Shown: positions 35,432 to 46,000 of the stretch, piece after piece | Numbering within the stretch: the stretch's first letter is position 1 | Layout of the letters: each line of letters starts with the position of its first letter | From: a virus | Taxonomy: Duplodnaviria > Caudoviricetes | Direction: 5' to 3' (one strand) | Virus record (IMG/VR): IMGVR_UViG_3300021400_000143 | Location: 1-64,000 of that record | Length of the DNA: 64,000 nt | The notes under the pieces: generated by a model | Seen by the model: only the letters and a program-made list of their open reading frames with translations | The model's database searches: none | Told to the model about the DNA's origin: nothing | Translations under genes and position numbers: made by a program

Positions 35432-37207
35432 ATGGCAAAGCGTAGAAACGACACGGTTTTATCACCTTTGGACGACGGCAACCAAAAGTATGCCATACGT
35501 TCAAATGCTGATATTGTGTGCTTCACTGGTAACACAGGTGGAGGTAAGAGCTATGCTTTGTATTACGCACCTATCGAATACCTTGCAATGAACGATAACG
35601 CAAAGATTGTTTGTTTCATGCGTAACGTATCCGACTTTTGGGGTGCAGGAAAAGTAAACGATACGCTAAAGAAAATGTATCCGCTTGTTGATAGGTCTGT
35701 AAAAAAACAACCACACGACCCAATCGGTGAAATCATACGTCGACAAGAGGATATGGGTATGAAACTTTACAATGGTAGCGAACTAAAGTTTCAGCAACTC
35801 GATAATGAAAGCCCTATTGTTATAGATAAAATCGCAAAAGGTTTGCAAGCAAAGAAACTAATCTTTGACGAGTGTAACAAGTTTCTTTGGAGAACAATAT
35901 CTACATTCTTTCCACGTTTACGTAGTGACTCAAATGGTAAGGCACAAGTGTTTCTTGCGCAAAACCCAGAGCGTGAGTGTTTCATGCGAAAGATGTGCGG
36001 AAAAGGTGAGCATGGTGGTGGATGGATAAACGATGATGGCACTACAGACAAGTCGATGGATGGTGTCGTAATGTATTTCTTTATGCCAAACGGTGATTAC
36101 GAACGTGCTGTTTGGGGTAGAACAAAGAAAGAGGTTTACGATAAAGGGAAAGAGGAAATAGATGCAAGATTGGCTATCGACAAGGATATGTCTTACGAAG
36201 ATTTTATTCTTTCGATGGTTTTCTATACATTTGATGTGCGAGATAACAAGAAAATGCTTGCAAAAAACAAGAGTTATCGTGGTTTGGCTGCAAACTCTGC
36301 TACCGCACAATCATCTTATGCTGCAAATTGGAACTATTCAATAACTGATGAAGAAACAAGTGTTGATGATTTGGTAAATGTGCAACTTAGCACAATGGAT
36401 GTCGAGCGGATGTTTAGACCTATGGAAATGCCGCATAATAGCGAGCTTGTAAAGAGGTTTATGACGGTCGATATGGCAACTACTGGATTTGATAACCTTG
36501 TTATGAAATATTGGGAATTGTATTCACATTATGGTTTTGTATGTAAAGATATTAAATATTCTATAAAGAATAGTAATAGAGAAGCTGTAATGATGATAAC
36601 AGATTTCAGAGATAGACATGGTTTAAATGAAAGAGAAATGATTCTTGATGTGCAAGGGTTTGGATTTCTTCGTGACTGTTATCCCCATGCTTTGTCTTTC
36701 TCTGGTGCTTCACAGCCAAGCAAACGTTCCAAAGCACAATACAAAACGCTAAAAGACGAAGCTGCACATTTGGCTATGGAAATGATTCAAAGCGGTTTGA
36801 TACATTACGAGCCAAGACTTTCAGAAGCGAGATATATGCACCAAAACATGAAACGAGAAGGTGCTACAACTATCTTACGGCACATGAAATTTGAGAGCGT
36901 AATCTTCCAATTCAACAAGACACCAAATGGTCGAATTGCTATGTTGGATAAGGAGAAGCAAAAACCTTTGCTTAAAGGTATGTCGCCCGATTTGTTCGAT
37001 AATGTTATAATGCTTTGTGGTGGTACATATTATGATTGCTATAGAATGTTGTCAACCGATGCAGGTATAATGCGTAAAACGATACAAGCAAGTGATATGC
37101 TATCTATGCTCAATGTTGGCAATATTAGCAATGAGCCAGATACAAGATTAGTTAGAAGAAAGATACATCATTCAGATAAAATACTTAACATATTAAGTAC
37201 AATATGA
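35432..37207 (+). CDS. terL: Terminase large subunit
   Basis: Walker A GNTGGGKS, Walker B LIFDE, AQNP coupling motif, nuclease VDMATTGFD...SPDLFD; start at ATG 35432. Confidence 0.93.
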   Translation: MAKRRNDTVLSPLDDGNQKYAIRSNADIVCFTGNTGGGKSYALYYAPIEYLAMNDNAKIVCFMRNVSDFWGAGKVNDTLKKMYPLVDRSVKKQPHDPIGEIIRRQEDMGMKLYNGSELKFQQLDNESPIVIDKIAKGLQAKKLIFDECNKFLWRTISTFFPRLRSDSNGKAQVFLAQNPERECFMRKMCGKGEHGGGWINDDGTTDKSMDGVVMYFFMPNGDYERAVWGRTKKEVYDKGKEEIDARLAIDKDMSYEDFILSMVFYTFDVRDNKKMLAKNKSYRGLAANSATAQSSYAANWNYSITDEETSVDDLVNVQLSTMDVERMFRPMEMPHNSELVKRFMTVDMATTGFDNLVMKYWELYSHYGFVCKDIKYSIKNSNREAVMMITDFRDRHGLNEREMILDVQGFGFLRDCYPHALSFSGASQPSKRSKAQYKTLKDEAAHLAMEMIQSGLIHYEPRLSEARYMHQNMKREGATTILRHMKFESVIFQFNKTPNGRIAMLDKEKQKPLLKGMSPDLFDNVIMLCGGTYYDCYRMLSTDAGIMRKTIQASDMLSMLNVGNISNEPDTRLVRRKIHHSDKILNILSTI

Positions 37208-38730
37208 TACGAGAACATGACATAAATTGGTTTTTACAAGACCCTACGAGGTTGATGAAGATGAAGCCTTTTACACGTGGCGGCGAGCCTAATTCTCACG
37301 GCTACGAAGGTTCAAGCATACTCAACAACCAGACACTCGAAACGGGTTTTGCAAGCTTAAACTTGCACCCTATTTCACAAGATACTTATATCACAGAGTA
37401 TCGACCAGACTTGCACCATATTATTCTTAATAAAGCAATCCCGAAGATAAAAGTATCAATCAACGGTGTTCGTCTTCCTTTTGATGAAATCACACAAACA
37501 GCTTCGTTCCAAAAGTTGATTCACTCTGCACATGTAAGAAACTTAACAGCCAACCAACTTGAATTTAGTCTTTGTAACGAGAACCCTGATTCAGAAGAGC
37601 AAAAAGCTTTTAGCGAAATCAAACAAGATTGGTTGTGGCGCGGTCTTGAATGGAATAAGTATCAAGCAATCAACACATGTAAGCAAGTAGGTAACTGCGC
37701 TGTACTTTTCTCTTATGACAAAACAACAAGTAAGTACACGGTTACTAACTACTCATACGAAGATGGCTATCAGATTGTACCTAACTATGACGAATATGGC
37801 ATTGAAATAGCACGTTCTCTTGTTTATCAAGTTGAAAATTCTATTATCATTGACACATACGATGCAAGAAAGCATTATAGAACTACACAGGGTGAAACAT
37901 CGTGGACTACACAGGTTGAAGTACATGGCTTTAGCCGTTGTCCTTTGCTACACAAACGTGGTAAGGTAGCGTGGGAATATGCCGAAAGTAGTATTGAAAT
38001 GTGGGAGTTGATGGCTAACATTCAAGCTATTGCTTTAAAACGTTTTGGTACGTTTGCACTCGTATTTATCGGTGAGATGGATACAGATTCGTTTAAGCGC
38101 GACTCCAGCACACTGATTATCAACTTGTCGAGCGACACAACCAATGGCAAGCAAGATGCAAAAGTGTTGGATTTCCCAGAGCCTCAAACGATGGACGGTT
38201 ATCTTAAAACACTCGAAGAAAAAATATCGTTGTTTAGCTCAACATCATTTATCACACCAAAAGATATTACAACATCTAATAGTGGTGGTAATGGTATTGC
38301 GCTTGCAATGTCTAACGATTACTCTCTTGCTACACAGTCTGCTATGGATTGGCAGAAGTTTGTAAACGAGATGGTATATCTGCACCAAGAAGGTCTTGAC
38401 CTTGAAAATGGTGGAACTGCACATTACGCAAAGGTAAAGATTGGTGCAAAGATTGTTCCTTGGTCTCTTGAAACGAACAATACTAAGATTACCAATTTGG
38501 CAATGGAAGCTCCTTATTTGTCAACTCAAACAATCATCGAGCGATGCCCAGATGCTGCGCCAGACGAGGTTGATAGGGTTATCAAAGAAAGGGGTGCGCT
38601 TATAAGCAGAAACGATAAGAGTATTGAGGATAATGCTGAAAAAGCGCACAACATTGCTGTTAATCGTAGCGATGAAATTCGTGATAATGAAGAAAAAATA
38701 GAAATCCAAAACGCGGAAATAAATCCGTAG
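37204..38730 (+). CDS. Portal protein
   Basis: 508 aa directly after TerL, SPP1-like size and motifs (SGGNGIAL). Confidence 0.88.
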   Translation: MIREHDINWFLQDPTRLMKMKPFTRGGEPNSHGYEGSSILNNQTLETGFASLNLHPISQDTYITEYRPDLHHIILNKAIPKIKVSINGVRLPFDEITQTASFQKLIHSAHVRNLTANQLEFSLCNENPDSEEQKAFSEIKQDWLWRGLEWNKYQAINTCKQVGNCAVLFSYDKTTSKYTVTNYSYEDGYQIVPNYDEYGIEIARSLVYQVENSIIIDTYDARKHYRTTQGETSWTTQVEVHGFSRCPLLHKRGKVAWEYAESSIEMWELMANIQAIALKRFGTFALVFIGEMDTDSFKRDSSTLIINLSSDTTNGKQDAKVLDFPEPQTMDGYLKTLEEKISLFSSTSFITPKDITTSNSGGNGIALAMSNDYSLATQSAMDWQKFVNEMVYLHQEGLDLENGGTAHYAKVKIGAKIVPWSLETNNTKITNLAMEAPYLSTQTIIERCPDAAPDEVDRVIKERGALISRNDKSIEDNAEKAHNIAVNRSDEIRDNEEKIEIQNAEINP

Positions 38731-38737
38731 TAAGAAA

Positions 38738-39175
38738 ATGGGAATTGTATTTGAAATAATTGCGCCTATTCTAACGCTCATTGCTGGAGGTGGTTGGTTT
38801 ATAACCTATCGCGCATACAAGCGTGGTGCTAATGGTGAAGCAACGCAGAAAGAAGCTGAAGGGTGGAAATCTATTCAAGATTTGTATCAACAAGCTATTG
38901 AAGATTTCAAAACTCACAGCCATGATATGCGTCAAGAGCGTGCTGTATTAAAGCAAGAGAATAAGGAAATGCGAGATAAGTACAACCAGATTGTCGAGGA
39001 AATTCTTATATTAAAAAAGCAGTTATCACGACAGGGTAGGAAAATAGAAGCTCTAACACCTTTCTTATGTAGTATCATAGGTTGCAAAAAAAGACGAAGG
39101 GACAACCTCGATGCTTTTGCATCTGATAATAGTCAAGAAAGCGATGATGAAGACACCACTGAACAAGAAAACTAA
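38738..39175 (+). CDS. Holin/antiholin-like protein (N-terminal TM + coiled coil)
   Basis: IIAPILTLIAGGGWFITY then heptads; precedes lysin. Confidence 0.65.
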   Translation: MGIVFEIIAPILTLIAGGGWFITYRAYKRGANGEATQKEAEGWKSIQDLYQQAIEDFKTHSHDMRQERAVLKQENKEMRDKYNQIVEEILILKKQLSRQGRKIEALTPFLCSIIGCKKRRRDNLDAFASDNSQESDDEDTTEQEN

Positions 39176-39180
39176 AAGAT

Positions 39181-39624
39181 ATGGAACTTATATTAAAACG
39201 AATAGCAAGAAAGCCAACATACACGATTGGTAAACTATATGTAAACAAAAAGTATGTCTGCGACACGCTTGAAGATTACGATAGGATTTACTTTGGTGGC
39301 TCAAAGGTGGCTGGGAAAACAGCTATCCCATGCGGTCGGTATCAGGTTATTTTAAATAGCTATTCGCCTCGTTTTGGTGCGAAAGAACCATATAAATCGG
39401 TGTGTGGTGGTTGTGTGCCGTTGATTGCAAATGTACCTAAGTTTAGCGGTATCAGAATACACATCGGAAACACAGAAGCCGACACGGATGGATGCCCTCT
39501 CGTTGGGAAAAACAAACAAGTTGGTCGCTTGGCTGATTCGAGAGTTACTTTCGTGTCTCTTATGAACGAATATCTTACACCAGCAAGAAAGCGTAATGAA
39601 AAAGTCTATATCACAATCTATTAA
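39181..39624 (+). CDS. DUF5675-family putative endolysin
   Basis: L.LKR....YTIGKLY..CDTLED...TAIP.G.Y...PKFSGIRIH.GNT..DTDGCPLVG. Confidence 0.85.
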   Translation: MELILKRIARKPTYTIGKLYVNKKYVCDTLEDYDRIYFGGSKVAGKTAIPCGRYQVILNSYSPRFGAKEPYKSVCGGCVPLIANVPKFSGIRIHIGNTEADTDGCPLVGKNKQVGRLADSRVTFVSLMNEYLTPARKRNEKVYITIY

Positions 39625-39628
39625 TGGT

Positions 39629-40051
39629 ATGAACGATTATCAGCATAACATAAAGAAACATTTCAAGTATTGCTTATTATTTTTTGCAATAATGATAGGA
39701 CTTTGTGCGCTATGCTCGTGTTCACACAAGTCTATTGAATACGTGGATAGAGAAGTCGTAAAGTACAACACAAAAGAAGTGCATGATACAACGTATATAG
39801 ATAGACATGATAGTATATACCACACTATCTTTCAAAAAGGAGATACAATCTATGACACGAAGTATGTAGAGAAAGTAAGGTACAAAGACAGGATGGTGTA
39901 TAAGTGCGACACGCTTACAAGAGACTCTATACAAATACAAGAAAAAACGATAGAAAAAGAAGTTACACCAAAATGGTGTTACTATTCTTTGGTTAGTTGG
40001 TTGATTATTATTATATTTGCAACATTAAAAGTTAGGAAATGGCTACATTAG
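39629..40051 (+). CDS. Putative unimolecular spanin (lipoprotein with C-terminal TM)
   Basis: Lipobox LCSC after hydrophobic signal; C-terminal TM YYSLVSWLIIIIFATL; follows lysin. Confidence 0.7.
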   Translation: MNDYQHNIKKHFKYCLLFFAIMIGLCALCSCSHKSIEYVDREVVKYNTKEVHDTTYIDRHDSIYHTIFQKGDTIYDTKYVEKVRYKDRMVYKCDTLTRDSIQIQEKTIEKEVTPKWCYYSLVSWLIIIIFATLKVRKWLH

Positions 40052-43000
40052 GCAGAAACATATCATTCCCTATCAAGAACGCAGACGATACACCGTTTGA
40101 GAATCTTGTTTTACACAAAGCAACATACGAAAGTGTTGTTATGTCTCTTGCTGACAAAATCACAGGAGATGTGTACTACAAGAATAATCAGTTAGTGTGT
40201 ACTATGCAGGAGTATATTAAATACGAAGATGTTAAATATTATCTCGTAAATCCTCCAACGATAGTACGTGAAGGTATTGTTTCTGATAACAGTGAGCTTA
40301 AAGGAATGACAAAATACTCGTTTGAGTTTTATCATCCTATGTATAAGCTCAATAATATTCCATTTAGCGATGTTGCTGTTAGCAATGATGAAAAGCGTTA
40401 TCTTTCTGAAAACAAGTCTTTCTATTGGGTTGGAAAGCCAGATGATTTCATTGCTAAACTAAACAAGAATCTTGATAACACAGAATGGGTTGTAATTAAG
40501 AGCGACTATTTCCCAAAAGACAAAGTTGATATGTTAAGTGAAGTTCTCCAATTCGACAACAATACGATTGGAGATGCTTTGCAAAAACTTTACGAAACTT
40601 GGGGTGTTGCTTTTGTTATTAGTCAACTAAAAGAAAACGAATACTATAATGATGTAGATTATTATGGTGCAGGAAAACGTTTTGTTATCATAGTTGGCAA
40701 TCCGTCTAACGAAGTCGTTGACAAAAACGCTGTAAATGGTATTGTTGTAAATGCAAGCACACTTGCCACACAATACGGAAATATACACTATTATCCTACA
40801 CCAATAACCGTTCCTGCTGGAGTAAAAATACTTGTTACTTCACTTGAAGAAGGACTTGCTCCTTTAATTCTTAACTCGACTCACGATGGTGTTATAGGTA
40901 GCACAAATAGAACGTTTGACACAGAAACAACGGTTTACGTTGCTCTTTCTGGCGAAGGTCGTGTGATGTACTCTTTTGATGGAAGCGTAAACAATATTTA
41001 TGTTTTCAAATTCGGTCAAGGTGTTGGCTTAAAGAACAACTCTCGTACACCACGAAACAACAAGATTGTAACACGTATTGCAGGTTATGGTAGCGAAAAT
41101 AATATTCCTTATGGTTATCCACAAATAAGATGGTATGGAAACCCTAATTGGGAATACACAAGTTACGAAACAAACCCTACGATAACAAACGTAGATACAA
41201 CATCGTATAGCACGTTTGAAAGTTCACTCGATGCAATTATCCAACGTTCACCTAATTCAGCGGAGACAAGAGCCGCTGTGAACGATTTTGCTTCGACTGT
41301 TTATAATGGACTTAAAATCAAAAGTGCTGGAACAACATCAAAGCAAAGCACAAGTGGAAGCGTTTATACGTATAATTGGAACGTTGTAACACACTCTAAT
41401 TATGTGGCTGCGACATACCACGATGATTACGGCGATTGGCCTTATTTGGTTAGTTTGCAGGGTGGAAACGTAACAGAAGTAAGTAGTGCTACACCAAGTG
41501 TAAATAGTTATCCGTTATACAAAGGTATTGTTGGTGGTGAATACGTTATGCTTGTCAAGCATCCATTCACACGAACACACTTAATGCCGTCTGTTTATTC
41601 TGAGGCTGTATTCAACAAAGTAAGTCCATACCTCTCAAACGGAAATGCAAATCCAAATTACAATCCAGACATTGAGCTTGTAGATTACTACGACGCAATT
41701 TCTGATAGCACATACACTTATCCAAACGAAATAAACCCACAAGCTCCTTCTTACGACATACATGAATTTGATGTTAAGCCAGAGCTTGAAGATGGCGAGC
41801 CTAAAAGCATTGTAAATGCAATTGCAATCAATGACAAAGATTCAACTCCTGCAAGTGGTTGGGATGATACAATGAACGACAACGCGGAGTATAATCAAGG
41901 TTATTTCCGTATAACATTGCCTGTTCTCGACTTTGATGTTTACGCATGTGCGGCTATTACGCAAGAAATGCAAATCAACATGCGTAGTGGTGCATGTATT
42001 GGGTGTACCTTTACAGTTCAAGTTGATTGGGAAGATTACAAGAAGAGTTTTTGGGATGAAAACGGTAATTTTGTTCCAAATGGCACACAAAGAGATTACG
42101 TAAAATATCCAAAGTCAAATCAACAGCAAATAGATGTTATCGTACAAAAAGAAACATCTACATTTGGCACATTGATGCCTAACGTGTACCAAAATCCAAA
42201 AGCTGGAGATTCGTTTGTTATATTAGGTATATCGTTACCTCTTACGTATATTAGCAATGCTGAAAGACGATTAGATGATGAAATGAAGGCTTATATGCTT
42301 TCAAATAACATCTATTATTACGATTATCCATTAAAGTTCGATTCGTATTTTTTTGCAAAGCACACCGATATTCTTAGTCAAATAAGAACAAATACGATTA
42401 TAAGATTCTTGTTTGGTGAAGAGCAATTACATCTATACGTAAAGCAGCTTGTTATCAAATATGGTGAAAGTCCACTACCACAATACGATATTACTCTTAC
42501 AGACAATATAGAGGTTGTCCTTAACCAAATAGGTCAGGTTGCAAAAGACATCGAAAGATTAGGTGCTTTGATAAGCAACACCAAACAAGCATCCACATCT
42601 GTTTCGCAACAAGAACTTAATAAAAAACTATCTAAGGTATCAGACGATGAAACACCATACACATTAACAATGGGTGGTGCGCATATTACTGGTGAATTAG
42701 AAGTTGAAGGGCAGTCAACACAACACGGCGACGAAGTCCATTTAGGTGTAGAAAATCATTTTGGTAGAGAAACACATCAAGGAACAGAAGTACACTACGG
42801 CAACGAAACACACAATGGTGAGGAAAGCCATACGAACTATGAAACCCATACAGGCGATGAAGAACATGGTGGTAATGTGAACATCACCAAGAACTTGTCG
42901 ATTGACGAGGGTGCTATTGCCGAGATATTGGGGACGATGTTCTTTGGTAGGGGTGATGGTTTCGTGAGTGGACTGAATGGCAATGGTGGAAAGATTGATT

Positions 43001-46000
43001 CAGAAGCATCCGCAGAACTGAAAGACTTGTTTGTTAGGGAACTGACTACAATAGTTAGAGGTATCTTTAACGAGTTGGTTTCAAGTCACCCAACAAGCAA
43101 GGTAGGAGAGTGGTTTCAGCAAGGTTTCAACGGTCACGGCACAAAGATTTGGTACGACCAAGATACAGGCTGGAACATGGAACTTGATACATTGACTGTT
43201 AGGCGTATCATGTATATCTTCGAGCTTGTCATTCAGAAGATACGTTCAGTTGGTGGTATCTTGATTGTCAGTGCTGCAAACGGCAAAATCAAGGAAGTTC
43301 AGAAAGTTTGCCGATACGCGAATGGTGCTTATCAGTATTACTATAAAATCAAGTTCGAGGACACGAATACTTTTGTGCGCCACGACTTGATGCGCTGCCA
43401 GCGTTGGAATAATGGCAGATATGATGATGTAACGAAAGAAGATGATGCAGAATTGCCTGACGCAAGAGCAATGCAGTATTATTGGGTGGAAGTTGCTTAC
43501 CCAGATTCCGCTGCCTTCAACTACCCACCTCTTGACACTCCCGAAGATTTCATAGTATGCGATGATAGTTGGACTCCTATTCAAGAAGGTGGAAATCTTG
43601 TTGACGCAGAGGTGTCAAACGCATACGATATACTCGTGCCACGAAGTGAGTTCGGTAAGACCGTAGAAGTGATTGACCCAACAACACAAGAAACGATTAT
43701 ACTTCCTGCCGATACCGAACCACAAGTGGGCGACGATTGCGTGTTGATGGGAAATACCCAATACACCAAGCGTCAGAACTACATCTATATCAGTGCTACT
43801 GAGGATGGTGTGCCACGAATAGATGTGATGGACGGCTGTAGCACAAAGGGTGACGGTGGAAATCTGCGTTGTAGGTTAGGCTGTTTGGATGGTATCAACG
43901 ACTCCTATTGGGGATTGGAACAACCAAGCGGCTATGGCCTGTATTCAGATAACGCATGGCTTAAAGGAAAGTTCATCGTTAGAATTGGCGACAGGGATAG
44001 AGACGTAAGCACGATGTTTGAGGTGCTTGACGGCATGATACGTTCTTCCGTTTCCTCTCTGCGTGAAGATACGATAGGTGGAGAGGGTTGTATCAGTAAT
44101 AACGTGTTTACCGATGGACTTGACAAGTGGGGTATCTACGGTGAAGGTCAGTTATTAACTGATGGGACGAAAGCACTCCACGATGGAATAAACCTTCTTG
44201 CTTTGTTTGGGTTTACCGAATATGCAAAACTCGTCGAGGATAACGGAACGTTTGCGGTGGAAATAAAAGGCTCTGCGAACACCCCTCATGGCATCATCCA
44301 GCTGAACGCCAACATGCACGATGTACCAACATTTGAAACAAATAACGGTGCCATCGTTCCTCGTACTTTTGCTGTATCGTTCTATGCAAGGTCGGCAGAA
44401 GTAGGCGGAACTAACGTGGTTGTCGAAATTGGCGATGCGCCTCCATTCACTATTGCCGTTGCGCAAAGCGAGAAATTCAGAAAGTACGTCCATACGCTCG
44501 ATTTAACGTCTGTAGGCGACTTTTCCATCTATACCTATGGCGGCGCAGTTCAAGTGCGTGGTATCGTTGTGAGCGTCAATATTGACGAAGCAATGATTGA
44601 CAGGCTTGTGTCAAGGATTGAGCAAATTCCAGACTCAATTACTGGCATTGTAGAGGCATTTACGCTAAATCAGACAACATGCAAATATGAACTATCTGCG
44701 TTTACATCTTTCAAGGCAGCGTATGGTAAATGGCAAACGTCTGTTACTGATAATTTCAGAAACACTAACTCGAAGATAGACCAACTATCCGATTCGATTA
44801 CAAGCAGCGTCAAAGCACTCGTTCCTATCAACGAGAACGACTACATCGTTGACCCTGCGTTCAGTCGTGAGACATCTACACCACAAGACCCAAACAACCC
44901 GTTCGTGCATATATCGAAGTGGAATATCACAGAGAACGATTCAAGCAAGCATTTGACTATTAACACTTCTGGAGGTGAGAACTATGTCGATATTCTGAAT
45001 AACGATGCGTCAAATCCAGTCGGTTTCTATCCTGCATTAAAGAATATTCCAAGTGCCCAAGGGCGACCAAATAGCAAAGCCGTTGATGTAAGCATCGCCG
45101 TGCGCTGTGTAAGCAATGGAACGCTCGTTGTCTATCAGGACAATGGAAGTGGAGGAACGACTGAAATCTATCGCAAAAGCCTTGCTGCATCCACCACTTA
45201 CGAGTATGTGCGTTTCAGTCCAGCGTGGCGATACGGAAACATCTACATCGGTGTGTTAGGTGTTAATGCACAAATGTATATCAGCAGCGTTTGCATGGCT
45301 GACAACGGGAAGGCTGTGATGGCTGAAATGAGTTCGAGAATCACGCAGACACAAGAAAAAATTACATTAGCCGTACAAACCGAAGTCCAGAACGCAACTG
45401 GAGGATTCAACACTCGCATTTCCACGTTAGAGCAAACAGACAGTTCCTTCACGTTCAAGATTGATAGTCTGATGAACACTATTTTCTCGAACATTAACGC
45501 TCCATTCGATTATTCAGCATCATCCGATGAATTGACGCAGCAAGATTTGGCTATTTGTGTTAGGAAGATTTCTGATTCATCGGGCGATTACTTGCATATC
45601 GACGATTCTGATGAAAACGGCATTACGGTTTCATTCGGTCTTTCTGATTTGGCGAATGATTCAGATATGGAGCCTGTAAAAGTCCGTATTCGCGGAAAAG
45701 CTGATGATGTAACCACTCTTCGTATTTACTACGGCTCTGGAAGTAACGACTACATAGATATTGCTTCTGACTTTGCTGGCGATGCCATTACAGAACATGA
45801 ATATACCATCAACTTTGTAATAGATTACGGAGTGGAGATTTTCATATACGGTGGTGTTTTCGACATCTATGGTATTTACGGTAAACCAAATACAATCACT
45901 TCTCCTGTGTCGGTTTTAAAACTGACGCAAAAGTATTTTGAAGCGTATGTAAGTGAGCATTACATTGATAGCGACACATTAACAGAAACATTGAGGGGCT

